Shown piece by piece: positions 27,772-37,786 of a stretch of DNA of 64,000 bases. The position numbers and the translations under genes were made by a program. A model generated the notes under the pieces. It saw nothing but the letters and a program-made list of their open reading frames with translations, made no database searches and was not told the DNA's origin. This DNA comes from a virus (taxonomy: Duplodnaviria; Heunggongvirae; Uroviricota; Caudoviricetes): IMG/VR virus record IMGVR_UViG_3300021979_000001, positions 2,948-66,947 of that record; one strand, written 5' to 3'. The first letter of the stretch is position 1, and each line of letters starts with the position of its first letter.

Positions 27772-28828
27772 TTTTGTGTTGTAAAGCTGGAATTTTTGAT
27801 GATATTCCTTCGGTGGAAAGAATAATCAATCGATCTGCGGTCACGTAACTTTCGCACTTTGCATTGGTAAATGTCCCTAATTCGTTCCCATATCCGATTA
27901 GGATACCGCAATTAAGATTTAAAATATTGTTTGCGGTTTGTTTCCAGTCAATAACCGTGCGGTTAATGGCAACAGAGATCACACTATCTCCTTTGGCCGT
28001 GAATAAATCTTCTATGATTTCTTCGGTTCCAGGCGCGACCATCGCCCGAACCGCCATTGCTGGATAACTGCGCATGGGACGAATAACCGATGTTGCACCG
28101 GCAGCAATGATACGTTTTCGATTATGATCTGATACGCATTCAGCGATGATGGGAACGGATGGGTTTTGTTCACGAACGTGGTATACCGTGGAGAACGTGA
28201 TTGAGTCATCATCATTGCTGCCACTAGGTGCGATAACAAAGATCGCACGGCATTTGGTCAAACCGACTTGTTCGGACATGCCAGGACTGTTGATGTTTCC
28301 ATGATTGAAAATTGTTCGATTGTCAAAATCGCACAGGTTGGTCGTCCATTGGTCAGTGAGGATATTAATTGCGATTTTATTATATTCTGGAATATCACGA
28401 ATTTCCCGGATGAATTCCTGAAAATATTTTACCGCATTTGGTCCATTCGGTGACCCGATAACTAAAATGTGATCGTTCAATTTCCAGTTCCATTTCCCGG
28501 TTTTTATTGCATTTGATCGAAATTCGCGCATATCTTGATAAATGTCAATCATTCTAGCAAAAATTGCCAATGCTGGAATAAACAATACCATAACGCTTAT
28601 TATTCGACCGATAGGGGTTGATGCGGACAAATCCCCATATCCAATTGTAGTGATACTGGTTGAAGCCAACCATAACGCATCACCGATGGTCATATTTTCA
28701 TATATGACCATCGTTGGAACAAATATCCCGATACATAGTAATAAAATTGCACCTAATTCAAAGAACTCGCGTTTTGTCGTCTTGTTTCGAATTAGTTGAC
28801 GATTGCGCCAAAAAAACAAAAAGTGCAT
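27743..28828 (-). CDS. two-TM potassium channel with C-terminal RCK/TrkA-N-like domain
   Basis: TTIGYGD selectivity filter flanked by two hydrophobic helices; ILVIGSPNGPNAV Rossmann-like motif after the pore. Confidence 0.7.
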   Translation of the reverse strand: MHFLFFWRNRQLIRNKTTKREFFELGAILLLCIGIFVPTMVIYENMTIGDALWLASTSITTIGYGDLSASTPIGRIISVMVLFIPALAIFARMIDIYQDMREFRSNAIKTGKWNWKLNDHILVIGSPNGPNAVKYFQEFIREIRDIPEYNKIAINILTDQWTTNLCDFDNRTIFNHGNINSPGMSEQVGLTKCRAIFVIAPSGSNDDDSITFSTVYHVREQNPSVPIIAECVSDHNRKRIIAAGATSVIRPMRSYPAMAVRAMVAPGTEEIIEDLFTAKGDSVISVAINRTVIDWKQTANNILNLNCGILIGYGNELGTFTNAKCESYVTADRLIILSTEGISSKIPALQHKINNYYVPDL

Positions 28829-28855
28829 ATCATTCTCAATCGGGGTAAATGATGA

Positions 28856-29215
28856 TCACGCGGTTTTGGTAGCTTTGTCCTTTGCGGACTGCTCTTTCCG
28901 ATGACGGTTCATGATCAAATGATCTGCCAACATACGGGCCTGGGTCCGTTCTTCCATCATGGTGCGAGCAAGCGATGATACCCGCTTCAAATCTCGCTGT
29001 GACAGAACTACATGTGCAATCATGTCATTCCGGGCACATGTCGCAATACAGTTTTTAAGCCACCGACTTTTTTCTGAAATTTGACGATATTTTAACCGCC
29101 AAATAACAATAAAATCATGGTATGATTTTTTATCGGTAATGATCGTTTTGATGTTAAAATCAACAACATTGATTTCGGGTTCGTTTACTTTAATCTGTTG
29201 CTGCATTTTCGTCAC
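28856..29215 (-). CDS. hypothetical protein (119 aa)
   Basis: intact ORF. Confidence 0.35.
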   Translation of the reverse strand: MTKMQQQIKVNEPEINVVDFNIKTIITDKKSYHDFIVIWRLKYRQISEKSRWLKNCIATCARNDMIAHVVLSQRDLKRVSSLARTMMEERTQARMLADHLIMNRHRKEQSAKDKATKTA

Positions 29216-29684
29216 CTTCTTGGCTAAGTTTGATGATTTCTTTTAGACGCCGTTCAACTTCGGAGTGTATCATCACGTTGATTTTATGCGGAAGTTTCGT
29301 TTCTACTGTTTTTGTTACGACATCCATTAATTGTTGCTCAAAGTCACACAACAACGCTGCAACTTTAAATTGCACCGACGCAATTAAATCATGGTCTGTG
29401 ATGAATGTTTCACATGCGGTTTCGATTGTGCGTTGCAATCGAGTCATAAATTGTGAATTTGCAGGTATGGATACACTGCTATGGTCTGCCAATATATCAC
29501 CAAAATGAGATTCAAATATATTTTTGGCAATACTTTCCACGCGGGGCTTTAATTGACTATCCGTCAATATTGACATGTGCTGCGACACCGCAGTCTTAAT
29601 TACTTTTTCGGTGATTGCAATCTCACAATCTGGGTTTTGTTCCAGAATTTGTTGCAATTGATCCGATCCTAAATAAATTTTCAT
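29190..29684 (-). CDS. hypothetical protein
   Basis: intact ORF; start chosen at MKIYLGSD. Confidence 0.35.
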   Translation of the reverse strand: MKIYLGSDQLQQILEQNPDCEIAITEKVIKTAVSQHMSILTDSQLKPRVESIAKNIFESHFGDILADHSSVSIPANSQFMTRLQRTIETACETFITDHDLIASVQFKVAALLCDFEQQLMDVVTKTVETKLPHKINVMIHSEVERRLKEIIKLSQEGDENAATD

Positions 29685-29784
29685 AACAACAATCACCAAC
29701 TATATTACATAAGATATAAAAACAATAGCACGATATTTTATCATACACAAGCATGAATATTATCGTGCTATTGTTTTTATTTAA

Positions 29785-30141
29785 TTATTTCACGATTTGG
29801 TAATCGATGGTATTAGCCTCGGCAAGACTAATCCAAAAACGTTGTTTGATGATATGTTCCAATGGGGATGACATAACTCGGAATGTCACGGAATCATATT
29901 TTGGTAGATTATTCCGAATATAGATTCGATCAATCGTCAACGCGGTTTCTTGTGGTATAACCACATTCATGAAGGACGGGGTTTTCCTGTTTTCATAATA
30001 ATCATCCAGGATGTCCTCATATTTTGTTCCTGCAATTTTCGCGGAAAATTTCGCATTTCGGCTATCGACAAAATTAATTGAGCATGATAGCGGTTTAAGT
30101 AATAGTAACGTTGTGCGCAAAGGTGGGATGAATAGTTTCAT
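29785..30141 (-). CDS. hypothetical protein
   Basis: intact ORF; start uncertain. Confidence 0.3.
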   Translation of the reverse strand: MKLFIPPLRTTLLLLKPLSCSINFVDSRNAKFSAKIAGTKYEDILDDYYENRKTPSFMNVVIPQETALTIDRIYIRNNLPKYDSVTFRVMSSPLEHIIKQRFWISLAEANTIDYQIVK

Positions 30142-30586
30142 ATGCCATCTCCATTGGTTTAAACAAGGATACACCAATCATCAACGATAATAGTGTAATA
30201 ATCGCCAAAATAAGGAATACAACAAAAATCAGACTGGAATTATCCCCGTGTGTTGCAAAATTTTCTTTCATAAACCCAAGGGAATACATAATAACTTCAT
30301 ATAAGAAGAACAGGCATAGCGCCCCAATAGCATATCGAACTGCCTGCAAAATCATCGGAGATAATGCGAGATTAACAATCAATATCCACTGAATTGCGGA
30401 ACCTAGTTGTGAGTCAATCATGTTCTCTATTGGAATATTCTGTTCTTTTGCTACATCAGTTAAAATTTGATTTATCTGATTAGACAATGTATCCGCATGT
30501 GCGATATTTGTTATTGCAAAAACACAAGCGGCAATTAGCAGAACCGACCCTATCGTATTTTTGAATGTCATTTCACTTACGCCCAA
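30095..30586 (-). CDS. membrane protein (several TM helices)
   Basis: hydrophobic segments LLIAACVFAITNIA, ALCLFFLYEVIMYSLGF and IFVVFLILAIITLLSLMIGV. Confidence 0.4.
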   Translation of the reverse strand: MGVSEMTFKNTIGSVLLIAACVFAITNIAHADTLSNQINQILTDVAKEQNIPIENMIDSQLGSAIQWILIVNLALSPMILQAVRYAIGALCLFFLYEVIMYSLGFMKENFATHGDNSSLIFVVFLILAIITLLSLMIGVSLFKPMEMAYETIHPTFAHNVTIT

Positions 30587-31209
30587 TACATAGCTGAAAT
30601 AGGGCGCAATTCATTTACACCTTCATCAGTCATCAATCCAATCTTTGTCATCCACCAACGAATGGCACCTGGAACGGCGGGTAACGTATTTGCTAAAAAG
30701 TCAGGGTCATTATAATCAAATATGACCGGTTTGTAATTTTTATCCGTTCGTGAAAGATTATAATAGGAAAACCCATGATCATGAACCCGACAAAACGAGT
30801 TGAAGTTATCATATTGTTTTGTGGTATTATCATATACCAGCATAGTATAATCTAGATCATTCGCATATCTAGTCCATTCTTTTTTTTCATTAGGATCGCT
30901 ATAAAATAAAATGTAGTCATCCCCAAAGACGTTCGATTCATCGCAAATGTAGTGAAATAAATCATCTCCGCTTTGTATTGTTCCTTTAAAGAAAATATGT
31001 TGATTATGTTGTTTCCTTATTTTTAAATGTTCTTCTTTGGTTATTTTGAACTCATGTTTGTAATATTTTATTTTGTTACAGACTTCGGAATGTAAATCAT
31101 AATAGTCGCTGTCTGATGCTACACAATCAGGAAAATTCAAATCCGCCAATCCCTTGAACTTAGTTACAGGCATTCCCCATCCTTGCACCACATGTAATCT
31201 ACTGCCCAT
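30577..31209 (-). CDS. hypothetical protein (210 aa)
   Basis: intact ORF. Confidence 0.4.
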   Translation of the reverse strand: MGSRLHVVQGWGMPVTKFKGLADLNFPDCVASDSDYYDLHSEVCNKIKYYKHEFKITKEEHLKIRKQHNQHIFFKGTIQSGDDLFHYICDESNVFGDDYILFYSDPNEKKEWTRYANDLDYTMLVYDNTTKQYDNFNSFCRVHDHGFSYYNLSRTDKNYKPVIFDYNDPDFLANTLPAVPGAIRWWMTKIGLMTDEGVNELRPISAMYWA

Positions 31210-31289
31210 GATACTACTCCGTTATATATTGCTATAAAAACACCCACCACATACATTATAATATGGTGGATGTTTAATTCCAATGATTT

Positions 31290-32687
31290 TTATTCGCCGG
31301 TGAATGGTTTCGACGAGTGACGGGTTGTCAGCTTATCGAGTGCCCCAAGGCTGGTTACAATGTCCAACGACGTTGGTGCCGCAACGGATGAACCACCACC
31401 ATAATAAATATCCGGCATCGACACTGTAATGTCTTTTAGATTTGGATAAATAATTTGGGCGGTATCGCGTGCCAATTCTGCCATATAAATATCTTTGGCA
31501 TCTTGTAACGCCTTGTATTTGGCACGGGCAACGTCGGCTTCGGCCAGGCCAGTTTCACGAATAGATTCTGCCTTGAATTTTGCGGCCTGGGCCGTCGCAT
31601 TTTGAATATCTTTATCCGCAACTGCCATTTCAAGTTCCTTCTGTTTTTTCAGAAGGGCAATTTGCTTTTCCTTGTTTTGTCGAACTTTTTCCAGTTCCGC
31701 AGTTTGCCGTTCCACTTCCACCTGCTGAACAGCCCGGATAATAGCCAATTCTTTTTCTTTTTGTGCTTTTTGCACATCCCGCGCCTTCTCAATTTCCATA
31801 TTGAGAGCGATGGTTTTTGCTTCGGTGCGAGCGGTATCTTGTTCCTGCAACGAAGTGATACGTTTTGCGACCAACAGCTTTTTATCCCGCAGCAACGTTG
31901 TCAACTGGGGATCGGGTTCGGGACGACCGATAGTAACCTGCCGAACTGAAATCCCATACAGTTCAAGCGGGTTTGAAATCCGCAATTCGGCCCCGGCAGC
32001 ATTTGTGGTGATCACGTTTTTCCAAACTAGTTGGTTTCGGCTTTCCAACTTGTTTGCATCGGAATTCTCCGAATTAACGGCAGCAAAGTCGGTTTGCTGG
32101 ACTTCAACTTGTTTCCGTGTGGTTTGATACAAACCATAGGTTAACTGATTTTCAAGTTTTACCTTGAAATCGTTTAGGCCCCCTTGGAAAAATTCTTCCC
32201 CGGTATATTGCGTCCCTGTGACCACCGTGACGTTCTTGGCATTTTTAACCATCAAAGAATCAATGAGGTTGTCTTTGCCACGAAACTCCGAATGCATCAG
32301 AAGAATTTTCTGAACATCAGATGACAATTTAAACCGGAAGGTGGCCGGAATATCTGCAATATAAGTATCAGCAAATTGCACTGATACTGGGTCAAGCTGC
32401 CGCGTTGACGACGCTTCTTCACTGGCATCTTGATTGCCGAATGATATGACCACTGCTTGTGGATATTCGTAGATGGTAGTAAAGAATGGGATTTTAGCAT
32501 GAACCCCAGGCTCGGTATATACGATCAACCGGCCCAAAAGGGTATCTTGCAGGACATAAGTGATGCCTGCTGCGGTGGTGAAAAATGATGAAAACCCGAT
32601 GATTAAGGCAAAAATGGCAAAAATGCCGCCAATAATCCACCGTTTGATAGATTGTAAAATCATGTCATGTTCTTCTGTTTGGTCCAT
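31290..32687 (-). CDS. SPFH/band-7 (flotillin-like) membrane protein
   Basis: N-terminal TM, SPFH-like domain, then a long Ala/Lys/Glu/Gln-rich coiled coil (KAQKEKELAIIRAVQQVEVERQTAELEKVRQNKEKQIALLKKQKELE). Confidence 0.55.
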   Translation of the reverse strand: MDQTEEHDMILQSIKRWIIGGIFAIFALIIGFSSFFTTAAGITYVLQDTLLGRLIVYTEPGVHAKIPFFTTIYEYPQAVVISFGNQDASEEASSTRQLDPVSVQFADTYIADIPATFRFKLSSDVQKILLMHSEFRGKDNLIDSLMVKNAKNVTVVTGTQYTGEEFFQGGLNDFKVKLENQLTYGLYQTTRKQVEVQQTDFAAVNSENSDANKLESRNQLVWKNVITTNAAGAELRISNPLELYGISVRQVTIGRPEPDPQLTTLLRDKKLLVAKRITSLQEQDTARTEAKTIALNMEIEKARDVQKAQKEKELAIIRAVQQVEVERQTAELEKVRQNKEKQIALLKKQKELEMAVADKDIQNATAQAAKFKAESIRETGLAEADVARAKYKALQDAKDIYMAELARDTAQIIYPNLKDITVSMPDIYYGGGSSVAAPTSLDIVTSLGALDKLTTRHSSKPFTGE

Positions 32688-32765
32688 CGCTCGATCTTCC
32701 TTATTTAATTATAAAAATCATGTCTGCTTGCGTATATCAAGTAACATACTAACTGTAAACAAAAA

Positions 32766-33560
32766 TTATCGTTCGTCATTAATAATTTTTGTCGCTTGAT
32801 TTTTCAAGGTGGTTCCGTCTTCGGCCAAGTTACCAAGTTTCTCGGTAGAACACGGATTGGTCAGGATATTCAGCAAACTGCCAGCACCGGCCCAGTTAAC
32901 CAGATCACTAACTGCACCATTGATGTAGTTTGAAATTTTATTGGTTATATCATTTATTTTATTGGAAATTTCAGATAGCGCATCCCCAATTGATTGTCCG
33001 AGTTCTGAAATAACTTCGGAAAATTTATTTGCAACGGTTGCCAGCATAGCTACGATTGCGGCCAGACCTTGCGCAACTGCATTTGCAACCTGTTCCAAAA
33101 TATTTTCAATAAATTCGCCGATATGCGCCAGGGTTGATGTGATTTTACTGGCAATATCATTTAAATCATCTAAAAACTCATTAAATGCCGAACATGGATC
33201 AAAACCACTTGTCGTTGCCGATTTCACCGAAGCATGGCTATTCATAATCGATAAATTCTTTGGTAATTCTGAAAAAACATTTACTTGTTGCATTTCCGCC
33301 GCATTAATAGATGATTGTATATTGGACACATCTAATTCAACCCCTTCGGCAATTGCAATATCTTCTGGTGTTGCTAATGGATCATTTTTAACCGCACTGA
33401 TCGCATCAGTAAGGCCACCACCTGTGGTGGGCAGCAATCTGTTAAAACTATATGTTAACGATTTCATTTGGTTTACGGGTGAAAATGCGGTTCCTGATTG
33501 AATATCAGAAAATACCCCAGCAATATCGGTTGTTGTTGGAACAAAATCGACAATACTCAT
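32766..33560 (-). CDS. hypothetical protein (264 aa), possibly virion-associated
   Basis: helical Ala/Ile/Asn-rich repeats; adjacent to the PAAR gene. Confidence 0.35.
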   Translation of the reverse strand: MSIVDFVPTTTDIAGVFSDIQSGTAFSPVNQMKSLTYSFNRLLPTTGGGLTDAISAVKNDPLATPEDIAIAEGVELDVSNIQSSINAAEMQQVNVFSELPKNLSIMNSHASVKSATTSGFDPCSAFNEFLDDLNDIASKITSTLAHIGEFIENILEQVANAVAQGLAAIVAMLATVANKFSEVISELGQSIGDALSEISNKINDITNKISNYINGAVSDLVNWAGAGSLLNILTNPCSTEKLGNLAEDGTTLKNQATKIINDER

Positions 33561-33570
33561 AAAAAATCCT

Positions 33571-33840
33571 TTAACTACGATTTACGTTTGGTGATCCCGT
33601 TAAAATTACCGCACCACATGCACAAACTGCCGCCACGTGGGCTGTTTCTTGTCCTTCGACACTTACATTGGGATGCACCGCAATAATTTGATTAATGCCG
33701 TGATAGGGAATCGGACATGAGACCAGATCACCGACACGGGCAGTTGAAATACCATTTGTGGTATGTTTGACCGCGCCGGTGATAATGGTTGCGCCATGGT
33801 CGCTGGTATCCCCTATGCGTGATACCGAAAACCCTGCCAT
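33571..33840 (-). CDS. PAAR-repeat protein (T4 gp5.4-like spike tip)
   Basis: MAGFSVSRIGDTSDHGATIITGAVKHTTNGISTARVGDLVSCPIPYHG...AVCACGAVILTGSPNV has the PAAR pattern; start chosen at an internal ATG of the track ORF. Confidence 0.6.
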   Translation of the reverse strand: MAGFSVSRIGDTSDHGATIITGAVKHTTNGISTARVGDLVSCPIPYHGINQIIAVHPNVSVEGQETAHVAAVCACGAVILTGSPNVNRS

Positions 33841-33844
33841 TTTT

Positions 33845-34150
33845 TTATGCCAGGCGCAGACTTGATGTCTGCTCCGAATAAAAATGGGACATATTGGTAT
33901 TTGCCTGCACTGGCATAATTGCAATACCTGTTTTGTTAATTTCAATAGATGATGATGGGTCACATCCCACAAGAACAGGCTCTAACTGAATGCTTTGCTG
34001 GTTATCGATGATGACGCGAACGAGCGAAAACGGTTTCTGCAATGTAATGGAATCAGTCGAGGTTTTTAATAACCGCCCAATGATTTCTTCACCAGAAGTC
34101 AGTTTTGCGATTACTGTTGAATTTATTTCGGGTTTCTTTTCGATAAGCAT
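33845..34150 (-). CDS. hypothetical protein (101 aa)
   Basis: intact ORF. Confidence 0.35.
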   Translation of the reverse strand: MLIEKKPEINSTVIAKLTSGEEIIGRLLKTSTDSITLQKPFSLVRVIIDNQQSIQLEPVLVGCDPSSSIEINKTGIAIMPVQANTNMSHFYSEQTSSLRLA

Positions 34151-34440
34151 GGGTTGTCCTTAAAATTTGATTGAACCCCGACTATATCCCATCAATAGAG
34201 AAAGAACCAAAATTTATTTTGGTTGTTGATAATAAAATCGCAACACACGCCCGTTGAGAACCAAAACTTTCTTTTTTATCAGAACCTTCACATCGCGGTT
34301 TTGATTGCCACCATAGTTGTTTACATTACAAAACCCCAAGCCAACCAGACGCATAATCGCCCCACGTCGATACTTGCCAACACTGGTATGAACTATCTTA
34401 AATAAGTTATGGGGTTCATCAGGGTATGATTTGCACATCG

Positions 34441-34878
34441 CTATAACACCAACCGCGCCATAACGGATTCAGGCTTGCTTTCAAACCAAATACGATAATA
34501 CGTCCGGTTCGTTTTGTGTTGCGCGACTTCTTTACATAAAAATTTATACTGACATAGATTGTGCAATTTAGTGTTTAATTCATTCATCGTATATGTATCG
34601 TGGTTTTCATTAATCGTTACCGAATGACACAACCAACGTGGTTTTATGTAGTTTTTATTGATCACCGCAAAGATCATAGAACATAACAAATATCCGGTGA
34701 AATAACCTACCGTCATTACAAACCAGATTATATCAATATAATCTAAAAACCATACGATTCCAGTCATTCCTGCAAAAAGACCAATACTGATTACACTCAA
34801 TTCAGGAATAATCCGCTGGATTTTAATTACATCTATAATCAAAACATAACTCCTTATTGCGCCATTGATAAAAATCAA
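34441..34878 (-). CDS. membrane protein, tandem paralog family member 1 of 5
   Basis: N-terminal TM helices; C-terminal region shares the W-L-x-H/Y motif with the neighbouring paralogs. Confidence 0.4.
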   Translation of the reverse strand: MIFINGAIRSYVLIIDVIKIQRIIPELSVISIGLFAGMTGIVWFLDYIDIIWFVMTVGYFTGYLLCSMIFAVINKNYIKPRWLCHSVTINENHDTYTMNELNTKLHNLCQYKFLCKEVAQHKTNRTYYRIWFESKPESVMARLVL

Positions 34879-35371
34879 TGGGTTGTGGTAATTGATGATC
34901 GCATATTAGCGAACATAGTAAAGCATCCTCGTATTTCATAAAAATCACATTAATGTGTTTATAATACAGCATAATTATCTCACGGGTATTACTGTCTATT
35001 TCGCATATGTGTTCCCAGCGTGCCATAACTCGATATTTAGATGAATATTCTAGTTGACAAATTCTAGAAATCAATTGATGTGTTTCATTATAATTAACGT
35101 TGCCAATATTAATCAAATATGCAGTGCGTGGTAACCAATGTTTATGGTATTTTGTATTATGAACTTTGCGTAAAATCAATATTTGCACATAGAATAATGA
35201 ACACAAGGAAATGAATAATATTAATGCCCCGGTTGATATATCCGGGCTTTCTGGTAAAATTGAAATTGACAAATATACACATGCAACCACGCCATATATT
35301 ATATACATGGCGGCGAAAAATAACCCACTACGATTTGGGAAATATATTTCTTGAAACTGTTGTATCGTCAT
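34823..35371 (-). CDS. membrane protein, tandem paralog family member 2 of 5
   Basis: TIQQFQEIYFP N-terminus, TM helices, HWLPRTAYLIN motif. Confidence 0.45.
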   Translation of the reverse strand: MTIQQFQEIYFPNRSGLFFAAMYIIYGVVACVYLSISILPESPDISTGALILFISLCSLFYVQILILRKVHNTKYHKHWLPRTAYLINIGNVNYNETHQLISRICQLEYSSKYRVMARWEHICEIDSNTREIIMLYYKHINVIFMKYEDALLCSLICDHQLPQPIDFYQWRNKELCFDYRCN

Positions 35372-35373
35372 TA

Positions 35374-35946
35374 TTATGCAGTCATATCCAGTATAGTTAA
35401 ATGCCGTTGGTTATGTTTAATTTTACGTATATCCCCATTCCACGTCAATGCGCATAATGTCGCGTCATTAATCGACGCAAAAAGAACGATGCTTTTACCA
35501 TCTAATGTCGTCAACACCGAATGCATAAAATGACTTCGATAGCAATAATTCATCGTTGAATTGGCAGCAAGCCAATCTTGACCTTCGGGTGTCAATATTG
35601 GCAATTCCGATATTACCGCATATATGTTCCAGGGCATCCATTGTCGGTATGATAACTGGGTATCCTCCATGGCACTACGGATGGTGATAAACGTAAATGC
35701 GAACACCACGAACCAAACAATACCAGCAAAAATGTTGCTTAATAATATCACTATGTCAATTGTTGCCATACTGATTGCAAACGTGGCGAAATACACGTTG
35801 GGAATCAAAATCTGTAGCCATATAATCAGGGTAGATTTCATGTTTATGTTTTCCACAAATGGTATTTTGCTGGGTTTTAGGGTTTTGGGTGGGGGGATCA
35901 AAAACTGGTTATATTGTTCGATGCCGGATGTATTTTGCGTTCCCAT
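35374..35946 (-). CDS. membrane protein, tandem paralog family member 3 of 5
   Basis: EQYNQFLIPP N-terminus, TM helices, QWMPWNIYAV motif, INDATLCAL. Confidence 0.45.
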   Translation of the reverse strand: MGTQNTSGIEQYNQFLIPPPKTLKPSKIPFVENINMKSTLIIWLQILIPNVYFATFAISMATIDIVILLSNIFAGIVWFVVFAFTFITIRSAMEDTQLSYRQWMPWNIYAVISELPILTPEGQDWLAANSTMNYCYRSHFMHSVLTTLDGKSIVLFASINDATLCALTWNGDIRKIKHNQRHLTILDMTA

Positions 35947-36443
35947 TCAAACTCGAAACCAATTATAACGATGTTTTTGCGTTTTTTATATGTTGCTATT
36001 TGGCCGAATCTTAACGCAAATATGGTAGCATCATTATGGTTTGCAAACTGAACATGAAAATCTTCCCCATTAGCCATCCCTAATTTATAGTTATCAAGGC
36101 ATTCGGCATCACACCATTCATTAATTTCTTTTCTTAATAGATGATTTGGCAAATTAAACACTGCCTCGTAAACGTAATGAGGCAACCAGTTCTTTAACTT
36201 GGTTGATTTGTGTTCAACATTGATCAAAACCCAGATATATGAAAAAATAACGATCAATAGTGAAATGATATTAATCACCAATGAAATCAAGATTGATTTA
36301 TCATTGATGTTGTTATTGTTTTTAAACAACAGATTGCATATTAGTAGACAGTCACCTACCATCAAAAAATAATACAAATATGAAAATTTATTGAATGGAA
36401 AAAATGCCTGGAACCATTGTTTCGTTGTCATGATATTTTTCAC
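35898..36443 (-). CDS. membrane protein, tandem paralog family member 4 of 5
   Basis: TKQWFQAFFP N-terminus, TM helices, NWLPHYVYEAV motif, HNDATIFAL. Confidence 0.45.
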   Translation of the reverse strand: MKNIMTTKQWFQAFFPFNKFSYLYYFLMVGDCLLICNLLFKNNNNINDKSILISLVINIISLLIVIFSYIWVLINVEHKSTKLKNWLPHYVYEAVFNLPNHLLRKEINEWCDAECLDNYKLGMANGEDFHVQFANHNDATIFALRFGQIATYKKRKNIVIIGFEFEWERKIHPASNNITSF

Positions 36444-36470
36444 TCCGATGAAATTATTACGGGGGTTATA

Positions 36471-36965
36471 TCAACTAAACTGGTATATAATATTATAGTC
36501 AACAATATCTTTTCGCGTAACGGTTTCCATATGGTCGCCGAACGCAGAAGCATATCGGGTAGCATCGTTTGAACTACCAATCATAAAATGCACCTCATAC
36601 CAGTAATCGGAGTCAAAATCATTTAAACTGTTTTTAATCATATTAGCGGTAAACGTTCCATTGCAGAATTCTTCGCACCATTCGAAACGTTGGATCAATG
36701 TGCCATAAATCGTGTCACGGTCACCCCGCAATATCACTTTGAACACATAGAACCGGTGCGGGAGCCAGTGCATCATGCTCTTTCCAAAATTGTCATATTT
36801 TCGGGTTTGGTAGGAAAGAAAGAACATGATTGGCATGAACAACCATACTAAGGTTGTGGTAACGGAGATAATATATCCACCGGCACAAAACAATAAAAGA
36901 TCGGTTACTACCACATTCATTGTTGGGTATGATAACGATAACATTTCACGTAATTTCATGTCCAA
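36471..36965 (-). CDS. membrane protein, tandem paralog family member 5 of 5
   Basis: TM helices, HWLPHRFYVF motif, SNDATRYAS. Confidence 0.45.
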   Translation of the reverse strand: MDMKLREMLSLSYPTMNVVVTDLLLFCAGGYIISVTTTLVWLFMPIMFFLSYQTRKYDNFGKSMMHWLPHRFYVFKVILRGDRDTIYGTLIQRFEWCEEFCNGTFTANMIKNSLNDFDSDYWYEVHFMIGSSNDATRYASAFGDHMETVTRKDIVDYNIIYQFS

Positions 36966-37163
36966 CCCCCAAGTGTATTAAGATACGTGTTATATCACAT
37001 ATCACAGTTTTTTTGATAATTATAGAGAAAAAACCGTTATTCTGAAAAAAATCGACAACGATAATGATAAATAAATATAAGAACAGTGCCCAAGTGGCAC
37101 ATTTTCCGAGAAATCGGAAAGAAGATAAATAAACATACACACCCACTATGTGAGGAAAAAAAT
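36966..37163. promoter_or_regulatory. divergent intergenic region (strand switch) with short palindrome gtgcc-caagt-ggcac
   Basis: minus-strand genes to the left, plus-strand genes to the right; AT-rich with an inverted repeat at ~37092-37106. Confidence 0.35.
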
Positions 37164-37520
37164 ATGGTAGAAAAAGTTAACGGGCACTTTGTCCCAGGTG
37201 AAACACTGTCCAGCGACAATGAATTTTTCGAAATTCGCACTTCGGTTAATATTCTGGTGCATTCCGGTTCGACTGGTAGTGATACAACACAGAAAGCACT
37301 TGATAAACTCGTTGAAGTGATTTCGCTTCGTGGTCAGCCAGTTATTGCTGGTTCCCCTTATCTTGATAGCGAAGACAGCAAATATGTGTTTAAGTTTACA
37401 ACTGAACATGCTGGTTCGTGGGATGCGACACCGACATTGCTTGAAAGCATTGTTGAACATGCTGGTTCACACGGCTTTGCTGCAAACAACACAACTGTTT
37501 CATCTTCTGACCTGATCTAA
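37164..37520 (+). CDS. hypothetical protein
   Basis: start at MVEKVNGHF (ATG 37164), preceded by GAGGAAAAAAAT. Confidence 0.4.
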   Translation: MVEKVNGHFVPGETLSSDNEFFEIRTSVNILVHSGSTGSDTTQKALDKLVEVISLRGQPVIAGSPYLDSEDSKYVFKFTTEHAGSWDATPTLLESIVEHAGSHGFAANNTTVSSSDLI

Positions 37521-37554
37521 TATTATCTGTTTCAGTGTCAATAAACTAAGTTTA

Positions 37555-37589
37555 AAGTGGTCCGACATAATAGTTGGACCACTTTTTTG
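37555..37589 (+). terminator. rho-independent terminator
   Basis: aagtggtcc-(12 nt loop)-ggaccactt followed by a T run. Confidence 0.6.
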
Positions 37590-37786
37590 TATTTGCATAA
37601 ATAATTAATATTGGTAAACGAGGACAACCATAATGGAATTAGCCGAATTGTTTTTTGAATCCGCATCTAGTCAAAAGACGGTCTGGAAAAAACGTGGTGA
37701 AACTTTAACCAAATCAGTAAAAAAACAGGATAGTGATACTATTGATATTACATCATATGTGAAATTTGATTTACAGGATAACAATA

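Noticed and set aside
31602-32127. Plus-strand ORFs inside the SPFH gene and other internal or antisense ORFs of 60-110 aa in nrdA, the helicase and the 433-aa gene
   Set aside because: They lie inside longer motif-bearing genes on the opposite strand. Their composition is low-complexity (Phe/Leu/Ser-rich) and they have no start context.
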